From Ginkgo biloba (taxonomy: Eukaryota; Plantae; Ginkgophyta): 16,848 nt of DNA. A program made the translations under genes and the position numbers. Every line of letters starts with the position of its first letter. Within the stretch, counting starts at the first letter, position 1. The DNA lies in assembly GCA_024626585.2 (NCBI GenBank), contig JANKJI020000002.1:97477048-97493895 (forward strand), written 5' to 3'. The notes beneath the pieces were generated by a model. The model had not been told where the DNA came from, searched no databases, and worked only from the letters and a program-made list of their open reading frames with translations. Positions 1 to 9,965 of the stretch are shown piece by piece.

Positions 1-67
1 GAGAAGTACACTTCAAAGTTGCACATAAACTGTGGAGACTTAAATAAAGAGGTATGTCCAGCAACTC
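1..67 (-). CDS. TRM1: TRM1 exon (runs off window edge): ELLDIPLYLSLHSLCATLKCTS
   Basis: Manual translation of the minus strand after acceptor ..ttgtacAG (69-68). Matches the plant Trm1 segment EELPDVPLFLSLHxLxATLKCTSP and is in phase 0 with the preceding exon. Confidence 0.93.
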
Positions 68-398
68 CTGTACAAGCAAAAAGTTACTTGATGCTACATG
101 CTACATGATATTGTGATTACCTAGACAAGAAACCACAAAGGAAAAGCGATCTGATGGCAACCAGGTAAATATATATGATTCCTATTGATCTGGCTACACG
201 AACTCATTCATAAATGTACAAGGAATGCTATGTCTGTGAAATGCTACACTTATCAAAAATTACAAGTGGGAAACTTATCATCAATGAAAGTTGGAACCAT
301 CAACTATCTGCAGGGAAAATAGGGTTTAACATATCTAGAAGTCGCAAAAATATTATAAGTGTATATGAAGCTTCCCTGAAAATGCAAGAGATCCTTAC

Positions 399-611
399 CT
401 CTGAAACCGATGTCAAGACGGAGTATATTTTCTCATAAGCAGGGTAGCAAGATTTGAGGGAAACAACATTTGCTAATGTGGATGAAACCCAGTCTGGATC
501 ATGAATGGGAGCAGACCATATAGGCCCAGCCATGTTGAACTTCTTGCCACAATCGTTACATTCTTGAGGAACTACTGGACCATAACCAGGTGCATACCGT
601 AAACTGTTATT
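399..611 (-). CDS. TRM1: TRM1 exon (213 nt): NNSLRYAPGYGPVVPQECNDCGKKFNMAGPIWSAPIHDPDWV...LTSVSE
   Basis: Second CxxC pair and GPIWxxPIHD motif of Trm1. Acceptor ctcaAG at 613-612, donor GTAAGG at 398. Confidence 0.95.
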
Positions 612-828
612 CTTGAGCACATCAAGGCAGCAGATCACAAACATCAGTATTAAATTGATACAATATCAGTGCACAACTACAACTAAACATACTTTAGAGA
701 CAACTACGGAAATTATTTCATTACAAAATTGTACTTGGACACCATTTTGAGCAAAATTCATGAATTAATAGCAGCTAGCTTTTTCTGCCAGAGATTAGAA
801 TATTGATAAAATGTACAGCTGAGCATAC

Positions 829-934
829 CTTGTTGACAGCCCGTGCTAGAGGCTGCAAATGGAAGGAATCACATCCAACACACTGGTACACATAGGATAG
901 TTTAAGAGGGGTATTTTTCATTGCATTCGCAGAA
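829..934 (-). CDS. TRM1: TRM1 exon (106 nt): SANAMKNTPLKLSYVYQCVGCDSFHLQPLARAVNK
   Basis: Plant Trm1 motif MKNTPLKLSYVYQCxGCDSFHLQ (first CxxC). Acceptor ctgtAG at 936-935, donor GTATGC at 828. Joins the next exon in phase 0. Confidence 0.95.
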
Positions 935-1029
935 CTACAGCAAAAAAGCACCCAGAAACAAAAAAATTTTGTCATGCAGATCAAAGGAATAACCAAATAA
1001 CGGATGCCAAATCAAGTTCTGCAATCACC

Positions 1030-1362
1030 CTAGGAAGCTCAAAATAACTTAAAAAAGTATACTTTTTCCATGAGGGAATTGATATATGTAGGATTCAAGG
1101 TATATGGAGTAGAGATCAATAGAGAACCTATGAAACTAAAGTCATCCTACATTGGCCAACATCAAAGGACCTACATGAGATTATAATCTTTATGGGTTTG
1201 GAAAAATACTTCTAAAATATTTGTTAAAGGATATATAACGATAGCCTTACCTTATAATACTCTAATAAAGGGTAATGCAAATTTTATATAGGTAGAGAGA
1301 CAACACAGGGATTTTGAGGAGATCATATATAACATAAACAATATTCTTATTCTCTCCCTTTT
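1030..1362 (+). mobile_element. Degenerate Ty3/gypsy RT C-terminus/connection fragment in a TRM1 intron
   Basis: With frameshifts and stops reads LKKYTFSMRELIYVGF..KVILHWPTSKDLHEIIIFMGLEKYF..FVKGYITIALPYNTLIKGNANF..RDFEEI..ILSL, matching the gypsy pattern KC.F...V.YLG..I..WP.P....E.RSFLGL..YY..F..GY..IA.PL..L.K....F.W. Confidence 0.75.
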
Positions 1363-1768
1363 ATTAATATCCAATTAAACCCCTAATTTTGATTTGTAAT
1401 AATATTTTATATGATTTCAATCTATAATTGTCAATGTAGTTTTAAAATTACTTATTTTAATTTCTTAGTTGAAGATAACTTTCTTACACACTATCCACAT
1501 AGTAGAGGGGTTGACATGTAATCTAAATTAGAGATGACCTCACATTTCTATGGTAGTGGTCTAGTATTAGGTCTCTTTACTCATGTTTATGCAAACAACC
1601 ACCCCTGTAAGATATGGAGGTAGTATGAAGTAATTAGTGATATAAACATGATTATAACACTTCATTTGTATTATGGGAAATGAGATATATCCTGGATCAC
1701 TATCTCCCTTGGGTAGTTAGAATCAATATCCTAGATAGATGAGCAACTTGCAATATGAAAAAAAAGAG

Positions 1769-2505
1769 NNNNNNNNNNNNNNNNNNNNNNNNNNNNNNNN
1801 NNNNNNNNNNNNNNNNNNNNNNNNNNNNNNNNNNNNNNNNNNNNNNNNNNNNNNNNNNNNNNNNNNNNNNNNNNNNNNNNNNNNNNNNNNNNNNNNNNNN
1901 NNNNNNNNNNNNNNNNNNNNNNNNNNNNNNNNNNNNNNNNNNNNNNNNNNNNNNNNNNNNNNNNNNNNNNNNNNNNNNNNNNNNNNNNNNNNNNNNNNNN
2001 NNNNNNNNNNNNNNNNNNNNNNNNNNNNNNNNNNNNNNNNNNNNNNNNNNNNNNNNNNNNNNNNNNNNNNNNNNNNNNNNNNNNNNNNNNNNNNNNNNNN
2101 NNNNNNNNNNNNNNNNNNNNNNNNNNNNNNNNNNNNNNNNNNNNNNNNNNNNNNNNNNNNNNNNNNNNNNNNNNNNNNNNNNNNNNNNNNNNNNNNNNNN
2201 NNNNNNNNNNNNNNNNNNNNNNNNNNNNNNNNNNNNNNNNNNNNNNNNNNNNNNNNNNNNNNNNNNNNNNNNNNNNNNNNNNNNNNNNNNNNNNNNNNNN
2301 NNNNNNNNNNNNNNNNNNNNNNNNNNNNNNNNNNNNNNNNNNNNNNNNNNNNNNNNNNNNNNNNNNNNNNNNNNNNNNNNNNNNNNNNNNNNNNNNNNNN
2401 NNNNNNNNNNNNNNNNNNNNNNNNNNNNNNNNNNNNNNNNNNNNNNNNNNNNNNNNNNNNNNNNNNNNNNNNNNNNNNNNNNNNNNNNNNNNNNNNNNNN
2501 NNNNN
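1769..2505. other. Assembly gap (737 N), the likely location of the missing central TRM1 exons
   Basis: N run. The flanking exons are non-adjacent in the protein and phase-incompatible. Confidence 0.8.
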
Positions 2506-2569
2506 ATGGTGCCAGTATACTATAACTGTGTACTTTAGCGGCAAAAGCAAATTAACAAGTACAACCGAC

Positions 2570-2657
2570 CTTTATCATTGTCAACAGCTACAACTGAGCC
2601 GACACCTTCTACTTCACGAACATAACGCAGTGCTCTTAATCCTGAGGCAGCTAATGC
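2570..2657 (-). CDS. TRM1: TRM1 exon (88 nt), SAM-binding region: ALAASGLRALRYVREVEGVGSVVAVDNDK
   Basis: Not in the ORF track; translated by hand. Matches the Trm1 motif (LE)ALSASGLRALRYAREVxG..VVAxDND. Acceptor tttttgcAG at 2659-2658, donor GTCGGT at 2569. Confidence 0.93.
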
Positions 2658-3660
2658 CTGCAAAAAGTAACAAACAGATCCACATCAGACCTCATGTTGA
2701 AATAAGTGGTAGGGAAAGGATCCAATGTACCAATTCTTCAAAGTAAAGCACTGTCATCCGCTGCTCTGTCTGAAACAAAACCTGATTAATGGAATCCAGT
2801 TTCATTGGAAAAAAAACTCAACAAATAATGCAATAATCATTTTCTTGCTAAGATAAATGGAAGGCATACACACCTACCCTCACAATTATCTTTCCTTTAA
2901 CCATCCCATCCAAACACAGTTTTTAACGGGTTGGAAAGCATCTACCTTGGACAAAGATGTCCAGAGACATTAAATGCAAATGCACAACATATAAAGCCTA
3001 AACTATTGTCATCGACTATGATTATCAGTTATCACCATTAAAGACTCCACTCAGTTCTCATGGAAATGACAGGTCATACAATATTCCTTTGATTATCCAG
3101 GTATATTTTTGACAGTTGATACTTAATACATCTATGCAGAAGAAAAATGAATGGTAACAATCAAGACAAGGTAAACATCCAGCGCTTAATGCTTTTATCC
3201 CAGTATATTATGGATAGCCAAGGTTATGCACCTCGAATATAAAACAAAGACAAAGCATGGTGGTTCCCAAATGATTTGACTTGGACAAATTTGAGACAGT
3301 ACTAAATAGATATGAGCCCAATAGTTGTAGGCAACATACAATGAAGATACAATATACCAATAGAACATTAAGCACACAGAATGCTAACTTCTCCCTCTCC
3401 TATCTAATACCCTGTCCTTGACCCAATGGAACAGCCCCAGATGCATCCTCTGAATTTGATACCCTTGTTAGTCTATCAGTAAAATCTTCATCATCTATCT
3501 CTTATGGGGAACTAGCATCAGATCTGTGGCACTTTCACTGTCAAGGGGTAGAGACTTCATTGAAGACCTCGGGGTCTTTTGACATAGCTGAATGTTCTGG
3601 CAAGTATATTCTTTATTTGGCAATACAATTTTCAGTGTTTCTTCAATAAAGTGTCACAGG

Positions 3661-3879
3661 TCTGCAACATGCTACTTTCTCCTCCCCCAGTGCTTCTTCA
3701 GCATTATGTACAAAACGCATTATGCATGCACATGGGTGCTGGACGAAACACGAAATTAACACCTCTTTAGCTCTGCAAGATGCTAGCTTCTTATTCCTAA
3801 GTGCTTCTTAAGCATTGATGCACACAGCACATCATGCATGTGTATTCTGGAAAGACCAATTAGTTAACACCTCTTCACC
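3661..3879. repeat. Imperfect tandem duplication, about 108-111 bp x 2
   Basis: tctgcaa.atgcta at 3661/3772, tgcttctt at 3691/3802, ttaacacctctt ending about 3767/3875. Confidence 0.7.
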
Positions 3880-4340
3880 ATGGTTGCTACGTTATCAGGT
3901 CCAAAGCATTTCAGTTGTTATGGTGACTTCTCTATGCCCTATGTTTTCTAATCATTGTCTGGGTCACTTGCAAATCATAGCTACATGCTTAGAGAGATTA
4001 ACATACACGATTGCATTCACAAATAGAAACAATTATTCTGCAATCAAGACTCTTAACATGAAGTGGGGTTACGCTGGTGCAATGCTCTCGCCATTACACC
4101 ATCTTCAACGAATGTTGTAGTCTAGTTCAAATAATGCTGAATTCTTTATTGATTAATTAATGAATATGATAGATGCAATTGCCTCCAAATGGCAGCATAT
4201 NNNNNNNNNNNNNNNNNNNNNNNNNNNNNNNNNNNNNNNNNNNNNNNNNNNNNNNNNNNNNNNNNNNNNNNNNNNNNNNNNNNNNNNNNNNNNNNNNNNN
4301 NNNNNNNNNNNNNNNNNNNNNNNNNNGCTTTGACTAACAA

Positions 4341-4487
4341 CTGGTGAACCATCGTTGCAACCAATGTATTGTGATTGTGACCAGTGAACAATTGTTGCAA
4401 CCGATGTACTACAATTGCAACTAGCAAACAACTGTTGCAACCGATGTGCTACAATTGCAGCCGACGAACAATTGCAGCAACCGATGT
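4341..4487. repeat. 40-bp minisatellite (about 3.5 copies), consensus roughly cyagygaacaattgttgcaaccgatgtrctacaattgcar
   Basis: Units begin at 4341, 4381, 4421 and 4461. Rich in palindromic CAATTG/TTGCAA. Lies next to the 4201-4326 gap. Confidence 0.85.
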
Positions 4488-4787
4488 TGATATTCGCCAT
4501 TCTGCTGCCGCCAAACATACTCGTTTGCAATTGATTATTTTTATGTGCAAAATAACAAGCATACATCATGCCAAAAAACCTTTGAGCATCTTCACTTAAA
4601 CAATGCTGATCANNNNNNNNNNNNNNNNNTCCGAAAAAAAATCATATTATACAATTTGTTGCTGTACTGCCCCCTTGAAAATTTTCCAAAACTGCCAAAA
4701 TTTCAAAATTGGACAACACTGAGCTGCATCTCAATGGTGGGACTCGGTCTCAATATTCAAATTACCCAGAATGGACACTTCTGCTAA

Positions 4788-5327
4788 TTACAATAACTGA
4801 ACCAGGACCCTGTTTGTGTATCTCTGCCCAATATGTGTTACACATTGAGGGCATTTTGCAGGGTTGACTGGGTTGCAAGTTCCATAATTCTTGCATGGTT
4901 TTGTCAGTTGTTGATCAATGTCGGTAAATCGATTCTTGAGCTCTTCCACAGCCTCTTCGGTCTTCTTGCACGCCATAATGGCCTCCAGATGGTCATATTT
5001 TAAATCAAATATTTCCCGTTGATCCCTATCAGCTTGCAAGATCCAACCTCGCAATTTTGAAATGACATTCTCCATACTTTTAGAATCTTCTTATCAAAAT
5101 GCAACATGAACTGTTGATATGTATCCGTGGATGGGTCTACATCCTACAACCAAAAATCCAAAAAAAGTGCAATCAAATTTAACTTTTTCATTAGTAACTG
5201 CAGCCTGTGCTTGAGCCTATCATGTTTCTGTCACACCCCTTTCAGGGTTTTAATCTTTCTTACCAGGTCCCGAACTAGAATCTAGATGATATTTGTTGTA
5301 AATATGGGCTTCCAAGCTCCATGATTA
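4788..5327 (-). pseudogene. Decayed two-exon gene fragment: coiled coil plus C-terminal zinc ribbon, possibly TE-encoded
   Basis: Intron 5263-5144 with GTAAGA donor, TACTAAT branch point (5196-5190), U-rich tract and TAG acceptor. ORF 5075-4788 has a helical E/K-rich stretch and C-x2-(Y)-x3-N-x6-C-x2-C. Stops TGA TAA at 5096-5091. Confidence 0.5.
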
Positions 5328-7565
5328 NNNNNNNNNNNNNNNNNNNNNNNNNNNNNNNNNNNNNNNNNNNNNNNNNNNNNNNNNNNNNNNNNNNNNNNNN
5401 NNNNNNNNNNNNNNNNNNNNNNNNNNNTTCCTTTTTGTTTTTCTTTGTGTGATTTATTTATGCAAGTCTATGTACAATCTTTCCTTTCTCATTGTCTAGT
5501 TAGTTAGACATATAGTAGTTTGTTTCTGGTAAATTGTTGGGCGAGAGATCATGGATCCCATCTCTCGTTCATCGTCTAAAGGAAAGACTTAACCTGGTTG
5601 ATAATTAATGACCGCCTAAGAAGACAGTCAGTTATTGAAATAAAAACACCATTGTGTCCCACAATTACAATTAATATAGACTACATTCTTAAGATGTTGA
5701 GAAAGCCCTAAATAACCCACAACACAATGTTGTAGGCCAATAAATCGAAGCAAATTTAACCTTGAAACAAGGGAAAAGTGCTAAGTTAACCAGTGAAGAT
5801 AACATGTGTGTTACAACTTATGATAGCATCCCGTGAAAAAGTAATGAAAAGAAATAAAGGGAATTGAAGCAAAGCAAATCCCAAGGGTAAAGCCATAGTA
5901 GGGAACCTCTAATAACATGATCACACATGGCAAACGCCTCCGTGTTGGCCATAGGGAATCACTAACAGCAAGCCTCATTGTTAAATGGAGGTTATGAGCC
6001 TAGTTTTCTTATGAACATAAAAGTTGCAAAGGCTTGAACAATTGTTTGGCTTACTTTCTAACTGTTTGTCTTAGGGCACAAGTACTCTCTCTTTTAGCTT
6101 CATACTTTTAGCTACATAGTGGGGAATATTAGTTGAGGCTTCTACTTTCTACATAGAAGAGTGTTTTTGAGTTGGGAAGGTGTTGTCTCACCTAACCCTA
6201 CTTCTGCATTACTATTGCTAACCATTGCTTCCTAACAGTGACATCTTACCTTAAAGAGTTTTTTCATACCATCATCATCATTTGTAGTTCATACTTACCC
6301 ACAGACGCAGGGATTTTGGAGGATTGTATGGCACATTGGATGCAATTTTTGACCCAATAGAAGGTTGGAATGTAGAGTGTTGCACTTGCAGGCCTTGAGG
6401 TTGGACGTTTTCATCCACAAATACTTTTAGCATCTTTAATCGGAGGATTTTGACTGGGTAAATCCCCCAAATCTAAGTATTTAAAAACCCTATTTCTATA
6501 GAAGCATTTCCAAATTGTCATAAATTAATATGAATTGCNNNNNNNNNNNNNNNNNNNNNNNNNNNNNNNNNNNNNNNNNNNNNNNNNNNNNNNNNNNNNN
6601 NNNNNNNNNNNNNNNNNNNNNNNNNNNNNNNNNNNNNNACAAAAATGTGGTTAAAATATGGTATGGTGATATTTTAGAGTATGCTACCCTGCACTCTATC
6701 TACTACCTATTGGTTCAACACATGACACACATGGAGTGGCTTCTATTTTTTTCCCTGCTGCATATCTTAGTAGAGATCCATTGTAGTCAAAGGAATATTA
6801 ATGCAAATCTAAGGCATAGGAATAATTTTCTTGAGGTAAATCTTGGTGTACTATTTTTCTTTTGGAATATTCAGTGTTTGGGATATTTCCTCATTGGGTA
6901 AAGTGAACTTTGATTGCAGGTGAGGTATCTACAAATTGTCAAAAAATCCAGAACCTACAATCCCTATCGTTGGGTGCGATATGTGACACATGCAAACTCA
7001 TATGTTATCAGAATATGAAGATTCAAACGTCAAAAAAGCTTATATTGCATGGCATGATTTATTAGTTTATGAAACCTTTCCTTGCACCATGCAGAATCGA
7101 TTGCCCTACATTTGCAAGAACCCGAAATTGGTGTCTAAGGTGGACATGGTCTATTAACTAGGAATCTGCTAAGTGATGATGGATATCTTCTATTAATATA
7201 TTTATTAGCCCATATGCATACAAATTTTAGGGCTAAACCAACAATGGGTTGAAAGAACCCGAAAATGAGGGTTTTGGTACTCGCTTGTGATTTACCCTCA
7301 AGGTAGCTAATTACGTCACTATGGTATAGTCATATGGTTTGTTGAACCCACCAAAATCTAGTTAGATATATGGTTATTGGTGTATCCATATGATTTGATG
7401 ACCTTACTAATGATTAATATAAATAACTACCACTATGGTGGAATTCTAAATTGTTAGGGTATGATAGTGCCAAAAAGGGGTTGAAAATAAACCTCGAACT
7501 TTGCACCCTTACTAACATCAAGTTGAGGGCAAGAGGCTAGCAAATCATTAACAGTTGTTAGATGT

Positions 7566-9965
7566 TGTTGCTCTAAATTATTTTCCCACTAGTGGTTTGG
7601 CTGTCAACGTAGTAGGCCCTTTAGGTTATCCCCACAGCCAACAACTGACGCAGGAGCATCCCAATAGCACTCCGACAAGGTGCACAGTTTTGGCTAAAGG
7701 AAGTAGAGCCGACCTATCGACAACATGATTTTGGCAAACTGACAAGTGTTGGTAGGCAAGCTCATTGGTCAAGTGAACCGACATCCTTGGAGTCCGACAT
7801 TGACGTAAGTTAAGTGTGGAGCGTTGGTGGAGTAAGGAGCATTTGGCCGACATCATCGGAGGTTCCGACTTCGTCAATGCCCAACATTGACATGGGAAGT
7901 GAAGGCCATCCTTGTCAGTAACGATACTTGGTAAATGGACCCCGACGGGTCAAACCAACACCAACAGGAGTTGGTCGACAGTGTCGGTGAAGAAGTGCAG
8001 GATGACCGACATAGGGTGTGCTCACCGACATTGTCGGGACTGGATAGCGAGACACCGATGTGGGATGTTAGAACCGACATGGTCGGAACACCGATATGAG
8101 GACAGACCTGTGTCAAAGAGCAAGTCTTAATGATTATGTCTGATCACTCACCTACATGAATTCAATGTAGCAGAAGGGCGAAGAGGAAGTCACGTAGGTG
8201 GTTGCGTGCTAGTACTCAAAAACATTAATGTTGCATCTACCAGGTGGCTGAAGGAGATGGAGGAGGCATGGCTGAGGGGACTGTAGCCATACTTGAACAA
8301 TGAATTCTCTGACAAGTGCATTAACTCCTCACCAACCGAGCCATTGGAGGAAGTGAAGCTTCATGCACAAGCTATATGGGGAAGAAAGTATAAAATCCCA
8401 GGGAGAAGTAGAAGAAAAGGTTTTTTTTTGGTTGGTTGTTTGGCAAGTGGCAATTTATGAAGCAGAGCAGAGCATAAAGGCTCATATGGAAGCAGAGAGA
8501 GGGTCCTTTACGTTTGGCTGTTGGTTGGTTTTGGAGGTTGTGGTGAAGTAGTTGATGAAAGGAGCAAAGCGAGCACAAAGCATAGCAATAGAGTCGAGTG
8601 CTGGCAGATTGTGTAATTTTTCTGTTCAAATGCACCTGTAGATCGAGTAGATTCGTCGAACTTGACGCAGTTGGTGGAGGTGTTGATGAATTTTCCCTAA
8701 ATTTTGAGTAGATCCACCGAACTTGAGGCAACTAGAAGAAAGAAATTGTGGGTTGATACAATCACCGAACTTGANNNNNNNNNNNNNNNNNNNNNNNNNN
8801 NNNNNNNNNNNNNNNNNNNNNNNNNNNNNNNNNNNNNNNNNNNNNNNNNNNNNNNNNNNNNNNNNNNNNNNNNNAGTTGTGGTGAGCAGTTGGTGAAAGG
8901 AGCATAGTGAGTGCAAAGCATAGTAGCAAAGCCAAGGACCGACAAATGGTGTGATTTTGGTGTTCAAACACACATGTAAGTCGAGTAGATTCGCCAAGCT
9001 TGAGGCAACTTAACACCGACAGAATTGCCGAACTTGAAGTAGTCGATGGAGGCGCTGATGAATCCGCCCTAAATTCTGAGTAGATCTGCTGAACGTAAGG
9101 CAACTCGAAGAAAGAAATCGCAAGCTGACAAAATAGCCGAACTTGAGCCAGTTGGTGGAGGCGTTAAGGAATTCGCCCAACATACCGAGTAGATTCACCA
9201 AATTCATGGCAAATCAAAGAAAGAAACCGCAGGCCGACAAAATCGCTGAACTTGAGGCAGTCGGTAGGGTGTTGAGGATTCCACCAAGTCAGAGAATAAG
9301 CTAAGCAAAGTCAAGAAGAGTCACCGACAGAGACAATTATGGCTCCTGGCCTATGGTTCTATTTCTTTGTTTTGCCAATATTATATTTTGTTGTGATGCC
9401 CTCTAACATGAGGAAGAGCCGTAGAGGTTGTTGTAAAGCTTAATGTCGAAAAACAATTGCTTGCATAATGAACCTGGCGTTTTATTCCCCAAGAGGGTTT
9501 CTCCAATTAAAAAGACAGTGTCTCGATTTGTGGTGTGTTGACATGATCCTATCTTATAAGTGCTTTCTATTTGCATTGCAAATCCATCGATGTCGGGCTC
9601 CTATTAGGAACTATTATTTCTATTTGTCGTCGTCGGTGCAGAAAATTATATAATTAAGTTTTTCTAAATGTGTTCGAGTCAGTGAGCGTAACCAGCAGTA
9701 AGCCCGAGACACCCAACGGGGGAATTCGCTAACATTGTCAACAAGGTGATCACTGAGATCTTGGAAGGCGAGACCACGTCGACATCGGTGCAAGGTGTCG
9801 GCGTCGATTTTCCCGATTGCCAACCAACATAAGATTGACTCACCGACTTGCATTAGTTTACCTTGTCGTCGGCAAGCCTCGGCGTGAAAGACCAACCTGC
9901 ATCAGTTTTCACTACGCCCAACAGACATCGGTTTTAACCGATGGCCAACTAGTCCTGCATCAACA
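7566..9965 (+). mobile_element. LTR retrotransposon solo LTR (about 2.4 kb), or a full element collapsed at the internal 100-N gap
   Basis: Termini TGTTG...CAACA. Flanking 5-mers GATGT (7561-7565) and GATGC (9966-9970) form a TSD with one transition. CpG-rich relative to flanks. TATA-like tataaaa near 8389. U5-like ttcccaagagggtttctcc near 9486. No gag/pol, PBS or PPT seen. Confidence 0.8.
8658..9285 (+). repeat. 109-bp subrepeats within the LTR
   Basis: gaacttga anchors at 8658/8767 and 9030/9139/9248, exactly 109 bp apart. Shared gagtagat and aagaaagaaa blocks. Confidence 0.85.

Noticed and set aside
214-438. 74-aa plus-strand ORF
   Set aside because: Antisense to a TRM1 exon and intron, no recognisable motif.
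1723-2746. Long ORFs in the track spanning N runs (also near 4146-4569, 6530-6901, 8626-9103, 12066-12696)
   Set aside because: Artefacts of stop-free N gaps. The real signals are the antisense TRM1 exon at 2570-2657 and the gag frame starting at 12581.
2690-2770. Possible extra TRM1 exon (tttcAG...GAG|gtctga)
   Set aside because: Would leave an intron of only ~33 nt, and the translation does not resemble Trm1 xxPRVLE.
4341-4487. CRISPR-like regularly spaced palindromic repeats
   Set aside because: Whole 40-bp units are homologous with no unique spacers, there are no cas genes, and the context is eukaryotic.
5535-5545. TGTTGG as another LTR start
   Set aside because: No adjacent PPT or PBS and no matching end or TSD found.
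5880-6520. Minus-strand P/Q/S-rich coding-like stretch with GTAAG donors
   Set aside because: Broken frames, no recognisable domain and no similarity to the Trm1 N-terminus; not supportable without searches.
2660-7560. Intronic snoRNA or tRNA
   Set aside because: Scattered RTGATGA words lack a suitably placed CTGA box and terminal stem; no cloverleaf seen.
7626-9895. Several 60-120 aa ORFs in the LTR
   Set aside because: Chance ORFs in GC-richer repetitive LTR sequence; their mutual similarity just reflects the DNA repeats.
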